NCBI GenBank assembly: GCA_022843095.1
Contig: JALHOH010000001.1
Location: forward strand, 480,001 to 512,000
Reading direction: 5' to 3'
From: Candidatus Saccharimonadota bacterium
GTDB lineage: Bacteria; Patescibacteriota; Patescibacteriia; 2-12-FULL-60-25
DNA: 32,000 nucleotides
Position numbers and translations under genes: made by a program. Position 1 is the stretch's first letter; every line of letters begins with the position of its first letter. A model generated the notes under the pieces. The model saw only the letters and a program-made list of their open reading frames with translations. It was not told the DNA's origin and ran no database searches. Positions 1 through 5,853 of the stretch are shown here, in pieces.

Positions 1-2
1 GG

Positions 3-437
3 ACGGGAGGCGCGCTCCGGGCGGCGGAGTCGGTGATCGTGAGCGATCGGTTTTTGGTGATCAACGGGGATGATGTATATGCCGCGGAAGATTTGCAGGC
101 GCTTGTTCGTTGCCATCGGGGATTGATCGCCGCGAAACAGGTACTCCCGCGTCCTCTGGATACGTGGGAAGTGCGAGATGGCGCCGCGTTACGCATGACC
201 AAGGCGGTGCCAACGGGTGCGGAAGGGTGGGTCAATACGGGGGCCTATCTCCTGGGAAAAGACTGGTTTTTGACAACGCCGGTTTTGACCCCAGGAAAAA
301 CAGATGAGTACAGCTTGCCGCACGCGCTTCCCGAACTCATGGCGAACACGCGTTTCGAGGTCATTCCGGCAACGCGGTGGATGATGTGTGGCACCCCAGA
401 AGAATTGGCGGCGTGTACCCGAGCGTTGGCATCGTAA
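3..437 (+). CDS. Sugar-phosphate nucleotidyltransferase, C-terminal part (5' end lies upstream of the window)
   Basis: The frame of listed ORF 33..437 stays open back to base 3, so the GTG at 33 is probably internal. The translation ...VIVSDRFLVINGDDVY...WVNTGAYLL...WMMCGTPEEL fits the NTP_transferase fold (NGDD motif). Stop TAA at 435-437. Confidence 0.6.
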   Translation, partial: TGGALRAAESVIVSDRFLVINGDDVYAAEDLQALVRCHRGLIAAKQVLPRPLDTWEVRDGAALRMTKAVPTGAEGWVNTGAYLLGKDWFLTTPVLTPGKTDEYSLPHALPELMANTRFEVIPATRWMMCGTPEELAACTRALAS

Positions 438-467
438 TTGACGAAGCCTGCATGCAGTGGCTACGGT
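438..467 (+). promoter_or_regulatory. Possible sigma70-type promoter for paralog A
   Basis: TTGACG (438-443), 18-nt spacer, TACGGT (462-467). It lies about 35 nt upstream of the GGAGG RBS. The -10 is weak (3/6). Confidence 0.3.
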
Positions 468-503
468 GCTTCTGCGCAGGTTTTTGCGTATTGGAGGATG
501 GTG

Positions 504-1577
504 ATGAAAACCAGGGGATGGGGAGTGTGTGTGTTGGGTGTGATCTCTATCGGATGTTCGCTTGGGCATCCGGGTCCGAGCGCGCGCTTTTTGCCGGATG
601 CATCCGATGACCGTCGCGCCGATACATCGGTGATCCAGGATGCTGCGCCGGAAACGGCGTTGGATATCCTGCCGAGCCAGGAAGTGGTCATGTCTCGCCC
701 CGATGAAGGGGGAGAGGTGTCGGACGGCATGCTCGACGCGTGGGATGGGGGAGATGCGCTGGATGACCCCATCGTCGCGGAAGATGCAGGAATGATCGAG
801 CCGGATGTCGTGCCGGATCAGGCGCCGCCGGACGAAGCGCTGCCGGATGTGTTGATTGCGCCGATGGATGTGGCAGATATTTCGGACGTCTTCATGATGG
901 ACCAGGGTCCGGAACCGGTTCCGGATGTGATCGTCATGGATCTGGTGGATCGACCGGATGTCCCGGATCAGATGATGGTGCCGGATCGAGTGGCGCCACC
1001 GGATGTTCCGCCTCCGCCTGATGTGCGGCCACCTCTGGATATCCAGCCTCCACCAGATGTCCAACCTCCACCGGACATTCAGCCACCCCCAGATATCCAG
1101 CCGCCCCCTGACGTACAGGTGCCGATGGATGTCGTGCCGGATGAACCTCCGCCCGACGTCCCGCCCCCGCTCGTCACGGCTCCCATCGTGGTCGAGTACG
1201 CCCATGTCGATCCGCGCTATCCGGGTCGTGATGTTCCATCCTTCGCCGACTACTGGTGGCGGGTGGAATACACGATGCCTGTGGTACGAGTCGAAGACTG
1301 GCGTCGTGGAAGGTGCATGGGAGGGATCGTCATGATCTCTGCCACCACCTCTCGCTGTACGCTGGATGTGCCCGTTCCAGATGGAACGACCATCAAGTTC
1401 TATCCCGTCTTCGGCGGAGACGTTCCGGTCTGCCCGCGCGGTGCTTCGTGCCCCGTGGGCTACATGGAACGCTACACTGTTCGCTACGGGATGCGTTCCT
1501 ACGACAACCGACGGTTGACGCTCGACTTCGAGTTCGTCCCGACGGAACGGCAGTTCGTGTTCTTGCGGGTGCCGTAG
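504..1577 (+). CDS. Predicted secreted lipoprotein, paralog A: acidic Pro/Asp/Val-rich tail plus conserved four-Cys C-terminal domain of unknown family
   Basis: Lies within ORF 438..1577. GGAGG at 493-497 sits 6 nt before ATG 504. N-terminus MKTRGWGVCVLGVISIGC-SLG is a signal h-region ending in Cys. A ~200-aa PDV/PPPD[IV]Q low-complexity tail follows. The C-terminal 138 aa are identical to paralog B and about 80% identical to paralog C. A hairpin terminator follows the gene. Confidence 0.8.
   Translation: MKTRGWGVCVLGVISIGCSLGHPGPSARFLPDASDDRRADTSVIQDAAPETALDILPSQEVVMSRPDEGGEVSDGMLDAWDGGDALDDPIVAEDAGMIEPDVVPDQAPPDEALPDVLIAPMDVADISDVFMMDQGPEPVPDVIVMDLVDRPDVPDQMMVPDRVAPPDVPPPPDVRPPLDIQPPPDVQPPPDIQPPPDIQPPPDVQVPMDVVPDEPPPDVPPPLVTAPIVVEYAHVDPRYPGRDVPSFADYWWRVEYTMPVVRVEDWRRGRCMGGIVMISATTSRCTLDVPVPDGTTIKFYPVFGGDVPVCPRGASCPVGYMERYTVRYGMRSYDNRRLTLDFEFVPTERQFVFLRVP
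1011..1118 (+). repeat. In-frame tandem array, 6 x 18 bp, encoding PPPD[VI][RQ] hexapeptides
   Basis: Codon-by-codon reading gives PPPDVR, PPLDIQ, PPPDVQ, PPPDIQ, PPPDIQ, PPPDVQ. The units use different synonymous Pro/Asp/Ile/Val/Gln codons, so the peptide repeat is better conserved than the DNA repeat. Confidence 0.9.
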
Positions 1578-1579
1578 CC
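1147..1579 (+). repeat. Dispersed direct repeat, copy 1 (433 bp; 419 bp perfect from 1161)
   Basis: Base-by-base comparison with 2751..3183 at a constant offset of 1604. There is a single C/T difference at 1160/2764 and no indels. The repeat covers the C-terminal domain, the stop codon and 2 nt beyond. Confidence 0.95.
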
Positions 1580-1585
1580 AAACCA

Positions 1586-1616
1586 CCCCCGCCCGGGTTC
1601 TCTGGGCGGGGTTTTG
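1586..1616 (+). terminator. Rho-independent terminator after paralog A
   Basis: Stem CCCCGCCC (1587-1594) pairs with GGGCGGGG (1604-1611), followed by TTTT (1612-1615). Confidence 0.75.
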
Positions 1617-1750
1617 CGTTGCAAAGAATCGGCGCGGTATCATGGTCGTATATGCCACAACGCGCAACGGCGCAGCAACACGGATTCTTGCTTGGCAAAA
1701 CCATTTTTCGCGGCGCAAATCAAAAACAAATTGAACGGCGTATTTTTGGA

Positions 1751-2299
1751 ATGGATCAAAAAAAATTGACCGGCGCGCTGCAAAAACGGGGATTAGAAAA
1801 AGTGTCCACAAAAGAGGTGGTGGATGTGCTAACCGGAAAATCGCGCACGGGACTAAAAGCGCGGGACATGGCTCGGGTGGTGCAGGCGTTCCAGGATTTG
1901 GGCGTGGCTACCGATCGCGAGGGGGCGAGTACCTTGGTGATGCGCGCAGGTAGAACGGCACAGGGAATGGAGAATGGTGTGACGCTAAAGGACACATTGA
2001 CCGAGGGACAGTTTAAGCGGCGCATGCGGGATCTGGCGGTCGAACGGCGTGCAGAGGCGGATGCAGAGCTTCAAGGAGCTGGCGCAGAACGGCTTGGCGT
2101 ACGTGAACGGATGCGACAGGCGCTCGGACGGGCGCCTTCCGACATGCCGGGGCTTGGGACCCAAGGGCAATCAGAAGGCGCGGCCATCCGCTCGATTCGA
2201 GATCAATTACGCGAACAGCTTTCACTTCGGCCGACGTTTACCGTTCCAAAGCCACCTCCTGGAGTGATGCCTCCTGGGAGGACCCCATTTTCACCCTAA
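1751..2299 (+). CDS. Hypothetical protein, charged, no signal peptide
   Basis: This is the 3' part of ORF 1256..2299. The upstream part of that ORF overlaps paralog A out of frame and its terminator. First plausible ATGs are 1652 and 1751 (MDQKKLTGALQKRGLEK...). It is rich in K/R/E/A with a Pro-rich C-terminus. I recognise no family, and the start is uncertain. Confidence 0.5.
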   Translation: MDQKKLTGALQKRGLEKVSTKEVVDVLTGKSRTGLKARDMARVVQAFQDLGVATDREGASTLVMRAGRTAQGMENGVTLKDTLTEGQFKRRMRDLAVERRAEADAELQGAGAERLGVRERMRQALGRAPSDMPGLGTQGQSEGAAIRSIRDQLREQLSLRPTFTVPKPPPGVMPPGRTPFSP

Positions 2300-2310
2300 C
2301 GGGAAGCGGA

Positions 2311-2339
2311 TTGACAAAACGCAATTTTTTTGCTAGTTT
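2311..2339 (+). promoter_or_regulatory. Sigma70-type promoter for paralog B (extended -10)
   Basis: TTGACA (2311-2316), 17-nt spacer ending in TGc, then TAGTTT (2334-2339). It lies about 55 nt upstream of ATG 2396. Confidence 0.5.
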
Positions 2340-2395
2340 TTCTCGTTCTTTTCTGTCCTTTTACACTACACACAACCCAAACCGGTGGAGGTTTC

Positions 2396-3181
2396 ATGGG
2401 AAAAATTTTGGTCGTGCTGGCGCTGTTTTTCGTCGGATGTTCCCTTCCGCACGCCTTCATTCGGCGCATGCCGGATGGGACGATGGTGGAGGTGGACGGC
2501 GTGTCCACAGATGAGCCGCTCGCGGATGTCGTCAACGAGTCAGCCTCGGAGGTGATGGATGTGATCGAGGACGTCAGAGAAGATACCTTCGCAGATGCAG
2601 ACGGTTCTGCAGATGTGATGGATGTCGCGTCCCCTGACGCATCCGATGTGCGGGACGTTGTGGCGGAAGAGGCGGCTTCGGACGCGACCCGGGATGTGTC
2701 CGATGCATCCGATGGATCGGACGCTCCGGATGCCTCGGACGCATCGGACGCTCCGCCCGACGTTCCGCCCCCGCTCGTCACGGCTCCCATCGTGGTCGAG
2801 TACGCCCATGTCGATCCGCGCTATCCGGGTCGTGATGTTCCATCCTTCGCCGACTACTGGTGGCGGGTGGAATACACGATGCCTGTGGTACGAGTCGAAG
2901 ACTGGCGTCGTGGAAGGTGCATGGGAGGGATCGTCATGATCTCTGCCACCACCTCTCGCTGTACGCTGGATGTGCCCGTTCCAGATGGAACGACCATCAA
3001 GTTCTATCCCGTCTTCGGCGGAGACGTTCCGGTCTGCCCGCGCGGTGCTTCGTGCCCCGTGGGCTACATGGAACGCTACACTGTTCGCTACGGGATGCGT
3101 TCCTACGACAACCGACGGTTGACGCTCGACTTCGAGTTCGTCCCGACGGAACGGCAGTTCGTGTTCTTGCGGGTGCCGTAG
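2396..3181 (+). CDS. Predicted secreted lipoprotein, paralog B: acidic DASD/DVxD tail plus conserved four-Cys C-terminal domain
   Basis: Lies within ORF 2330..3181. GGAGG at 2386-2390 precedes ATG 2396. N-terminus MGKILVVLALFFVGC-SLP is lipobox-like. An Asp/Ala/Ser/Val-rich tail of ~108 aa follows. The C-terminal 138 aa are identical to paralog A at nucleotide level. Confidence 0.85.
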   Translation: MGKILVVLALFFVGCSLPHAFIRRMPDGTMVEVDGVSTDEPLADVVNESASEVMDVIEDVREDTFADADGSADVMDVASPDASDVRDVVAEEAASDATRDVSDASDGSDAPDASDASDAPPDVPPPLVTAPIVVEYAHVDPRYPGRDVPSFADYWWRVEYTMPVVRVEDWRRGRCMGGIVMISATTSRCTLDVPVPDGTTIKFYPVFGGDVPVCPRGASCPVGYMERYTVRYGMRSYDNRRLTLDFEFVPTERQFVFLRVP

Positions 3182-3183
3182 CC
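2751..3183 (+). repeat. Dispersed direct repeat, copy 2
   Basis: Matches 1147..1579 with one mismatch, and is perfect over 2765..3183. Confidence 0.95.
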
Positions 3184-3213
3184 CGCATCACTCAGGCGAG
3201 AACTCTTCGCCGG

Positions 3214-3238
3214 CCGTGGCATTGCTGCCACGGTTTTT
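3214..3238 (+). terminator. Rho-independent terminator after paralog B
   Basis: Stem CCGTGGC (3214-3220) pairs with GCCACGG (3227-3233), followed by TTTTT (3234-3238). Confidence 0.7.
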
Positions 3239-3268
3239 CTATGGTAAGCGAAAAGGACGGAGGTCGTG

Positions 3269-4183
3269 ATGGTGCAGGAACTATGGAAACGGAGTGCAGC
3301 GCGAACGCTCGCGCTCCTCAGTCTGATGTTGGCACACTGTTCGTTGATTCTGGAGCCGCGGTATTTCCGCGCGGTACGTCCCGGATCAGACGGTGCGCTC
3401 ATCGACGGTGCGATGGAAGACGGAGCGATGTCTCCTGATGCGTCGGTGGAAGACACGCTTCCGCAGGACGATGCGGTACACGTTGCGGACGGAACCGTCG
3501 ACGTGGACGCGATGATCGAGAGCGATGTTGTCTTCGATGGGTCGCTCACAGAGGCGGGCGATACACTCGATGCGACGGATGCGATCGATGGGGGCGATGC
3601 CTTGGATGTCACGCATCCTCTGGATGTGGTCGACGTTCGGGACGGGTCGTCTCTGGATGCGATGGACGCATCGGATGTGTCGCGTCCCGATGCGATGCGT
3701 GATGCGGATGTCATGACAGACGCGGTCACGAACGCAGATGTGCGCGACGTGCTGATCGACGTCCAGCCGGACGCCGCTCTCGGACTCCCGGTCGTGATCG
3801 ATTTCACGCATGTCGATCCGCGCTATCCGGGTCGTGATGTTCCGTCCTTCGCCGACTACTGGTGGCGGGTGGAATACACGATGCCCGTGGCACGCGTCGA
3901 AGACTGGCGCACGGGCCGATGCCGCGGCGGGATCGTCATGATTTCCGCATCGGTCTCGCGCTGTACGCTGGATGTGCCCGTTCCAGATGGAACGACCATC
4001 AAGTTCTACCCCGTCTTTGGGGGGAATATCCCGGTCTGTCCGCGAGGAATGCCCTGTCCAACCGGGTTCATGGAGCGGTTCATTGTCCGGTACGGCGCGG
4101 CGGCGTATGACCACCGCGCACTCACCCTGGACTTCGAATTCGTTCCGCTCGAGCGGCAATTCATTTTCCGCCGGTTCCCGTAA
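3269..4183 (+). CDS. Predicted secreted (lipo)protein, paralog C: acidic D[AV]xD tail plus diverged copy of the four-Cys C-terminal domain
   Basis: Lies within ORF 3266..4183. GGAGG at 3259-3263 sits 5 nt before ATG 3269. N-terminus MVQELWKRSAARTLALLSLMLAHC-SLI has a Cys at the end of the h-region, with an atypical His at -1. The acidic tail is ~150 aa. The C-terminal domain aligns to A/B without gaps, and all four Cys are conserved. Confidence 0.8.
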   Translation: MVQELWKRSAARTLALLSLMLAHCSLILEPRYFRAVRPGSDGALIDGAMEDGAMSPDASVEDTLPQDDAVHVADGTVDVDAMIESDVVFDGSLTEAGDTLDATDAIDGGDALDVTHPLDVVDVRDGSSLDAMDASDVSRPDAMRDADVMTDAVTNADVRDVLIDVQPDAALGLPVVIDFTHVDPRYPGRDVPSFADYWWRVEYTMPVARVEDWRTGRCRGGIVMISASVSRCTLDVPVPDGTTIKFYPVFGGNIPVCPRGMPCPTGFMERFIVRYGAAAYDHRALTLDFEFVPLERQFIFRRFP

Positions 4184-4187
4184 ACCC

Positions 4188-4220
4188 AAACCGCCCCGGG
4201 GCTCCAGGGCGGTTTTTTTT
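4188..4220 (+). terminator. Rho-independent terminator after paralog C
   Basis: Stem AAACCGCCC (4188-4196) pairs with GGGCGGTTT (4207-4215), running into a T8 tract ending at 4220. Confidence 0.8.
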
Positions 4221-4231
4221 GTCCCTGGATC

Positions 4232-4260
4232 TTGCCAAAACAGGCAGGATCTCGTATTCT
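4232..4260 (+). promoter_or_regulatory. Sigma70-type promoter for rpsB-tsf
   Basis: TTGCCA (4232-4237), 17-nt spacer, TATTCT (4255-4260). It is followed by a ~115-nt structured leader. Confidence 0.5.
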
Positions 4261-4382
4261 CAGGACGCCTGAAAAAAGGCTTTATCAACCGCAGAATGAC
4301 ATTCAAGCGTCCGTGCTGCTCCTGGCATTTTTCGTACATGCCGCGCACGGCGGTCATTCCTGCATAAAGGAGCGCATTTCCT

Positions 4383-5129
4383 ATGAGCAAGATGCCCGTA
4401 TTGGCCGACCTGCTGCAGGCAGGCGTCCACTTTGGTCACCAGACGTCCCGTTGGCACCCACGGATGAAGAAATTCATCTTTGGCAACCGCCGCGGGATTC
4501 ACATCATCAACTTGGAAGCGACGCAAAAGGCGCTTGAAGAAGCCACGGCGTACGCGAAGAAAGTGACGTTGCGTGGCGGCGTGATCCTCTTTGTGGGGAC
4601 CAAGAAGCAGGCGGCAACGATCGTCGAAACGGCGGCAAAATCCTGTGGAATGCCGTACGTGACGAAGCGGTGGTTGGGAGGGACGCTCACGAACTTCGCG
4701 AGCATCGCCCAGCAGATCCGCAAGCTGAAGGACATGAAGCGCCGGATGGAAAAAGGGGAGTACGCAAAGTACACCAAATTCGAACAGCTCAAACTCAACG
4801 AAGAGTTGCAGATTTTGGAAGAGAAGATCGGAGGCATCCAGGAATTGACCCGCATCCCGGACGCGATCTTTATCATGGATATTCGCAAGGATAAGACGGC
4901 GTTGCAGGAAGCACAGAAGCGCGGCGTGAAGACGCTCGCCGTGTGTGACTCGAACGTGGATCCGTCCGACGTGGACTATCCGATTCCGGCCAACGACGAC
5001 GCCGTGAAGGCGATCGAATTGGTGGCGACGACCATGGCAAATGCGATCAAAGACGGTCGCGAGGAATGGGAACGCAACCGCGCCCGTTTGGGTGGCGCGC
5101 TCGTGACCCCGCAGCCGGCGCAGAAATAA
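4383..5129 (+). CDS. rpsB: 30S ribosomal protein S2
   Basis: Translation MSKMPVLADLLQAGVHFGHQTSRWHPRMKKFIFG...IINLEAT... is a typical S2 N-terminus. AAGGAG at 4368-4373 precedes the ATG. tsf lies immediately downstream, the classic rpsB-tsf pair. Confidence 0.95.
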   Translation: MSKMPVLADLLQAGVHFGHQTSRWHPRMKKFIFGNRRGIHIINLEATQKALEEATAYAKKVTLRGGVILFVGTKKQAATIVETAAKSCGMPYVTKRWLGGTLTNFASIAQQIRKLKDMKRRMEKGEYAKYTKFEQLKLNEELQILEEKIGGIQELTRIPDAIFIMDIRKDKTALQEAQKRGVKTLAVCDSNVDPSDVDYPIPANDDAVKAIELVATTMANAIKDGREEWERNRARLGGALVTPQPAQK

Positions 5130-5163
5130 GCGCTCGGATTAACTCAGCACATTGGTTCTCTCT

Positions 5164-5775
5164 ATGATTGATGCAAAGATGGTCATGGAACTCCGTAACC
5201 GCACGGGTGCCGGGATCGTGGACGCAAAGTCCGCGTTGACGGAAGCGAACGGCAACATGGATGCGGCGATCGAGGTCCTGAAAAAGAAGGGTGCCATCAA
5301 GGCGGCCAAAAAGTCCGCGGAACGCACGGCGTCGGAAGGGTTGCTTGCGACGTATGTCCACCACAACGGCAAGCTTGCCGCGATCGTGGAACTTTCCTGC
5401 GAAACGGACTTCGTGGCGCGCAACGAAGAGTTCAAGGCACTTGCCGCGGATCTCGCGTTGCAAGTGGCTGCCATGGACCCGCAATACGTGAGCCCAGAGG
5501 CAATTCCGGCCGAAGAGGTGGAAAAGAAGAAGCAGGAATTCTTGGCCGAGATGGCAGAAGACAAGAAGCCGGAAGAGATCAAGCAGAAGATCATCGACGG
5601 CAAGCTGAACAAGTGGTACTCGGAGGTGTGCTTGACCAAGCAGTCATTCATCAAGAATGAAGACATCACCATCGAGCAGCTCTTGAACGAAAAGATCGCG
5701 AAGATCGGCGAAAAGATCCAGCCAACGCGCATGATGCGCATGGCGATGGCCGCAAGCCAGGGTCAGACGTGCTAA
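5164..5775 (+). CDS. tsf: Translation elongation factor Ts (short form)
   Basis: Translation MIDAKMVMELRNRTGAGIVDAKSALTEANGNMDAAIEVLKKKG... is the UBA-like EF-Ts N-terminus. The track ORF starts at TTG 5152. ATG 5164 gives the canonical N-terminus, and either start is possible. Confidence 0.9.
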   Translation: MIDAKMVMELRNRTGAGIVDAKSALTEANGNMDAAIEVLKKKGAIKAAKKSAERTASEGLLATYVHHNGKLAAIVELSCETDFVARNEEFKALAADLALQVAAMDPQYVSPEAIPAEEVEKKKQEFLAEMAEDKKPEEIKQKIIDGKLNKWYSEVCLTKQSFIKNEDITIEQLLNEKIAKIGEKIQPTRMMRMAMAASQGQTC

Positions 5776-5788
5776 CGCCGTTTCGTCC

Positions 5789-5818
5789 AAACACCGCCTA
5801 CAAGGGCGGTGTTTGTTT
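5789..5818 (+). terminator. Rho-independent terminator after tsf
   Basis: Stem AAACACCGCC (5789-5798) pairs with GGCGGTGTTT (5805-5814), followed by GTTT. Confidence 0.75.
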
Positions 5819-5845
5819 ACGCGATTCCTTCACGACGCGTATACT
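5816..5845 (+). promoter_or_regulatory. Candidate promoter for gap, -10 box only 8 nt from the ATG
   Basis: TTTACG (5816-5821), 18-nt spacer, TATACT (5840-5845), then TCCGCCAT and ATG 5854. No SD is visible. The 12-mer GTATACTTCCGC is shared with the pgk upstream region. Confidence 0.45.
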
Positions 5846-5853
5846 TCCGCCAT

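Noticed and set aside
1011-1118. The regular 18-bp periodic repeats were considered as a possible CRISPR-like or minisatellite array.
   Set aside because: The units are contiguous with no spacers, are in frame within a CDS, and encode a hexapeptide repeat. No cas genes or leader are present.
1256-1750. The 5' extension of ORF 1256..2299, which would give a 347-aa protein overlapping paralog A.
   Set aside because: It overlaps the conserved C-terminal domain of paralog A out of frame and reads through its terminator hairpin. The same out-of-frame peptide appears downstream of paralog B (ORF 2860..3438) simply because of the DNA repeat.
189-1811. A 540-aa minus-strand ORF, the longest ORF in the first 4 kb. 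Similar antisense ORFs lie at 461..772, 2296..2790, 2540..2809, 3103..3807 and 3386..4390.
   Set aside because: These are shadow frames of the Asp/Pro/Val-rich genes. Antisense of GAT/GAC/CCG-rich codons gives stop-free R/H/I/S/T-rich translations with no start context. They also run across plus-strand terminators and RBSs. The plus-strand genes have signal peptides, RBSs, terminators and three-way paralog conservation.
1147-3183. The repeat pair was considered as the template/variable repeat of a diversity-generating retroelement.
   Set aside because: There is no reverse transcriptase gene in the window. The copies are identical apart from a single C/T difference, not adenine-specific substitutions. 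The variable parts are the non-repeated tails, not the repeat.
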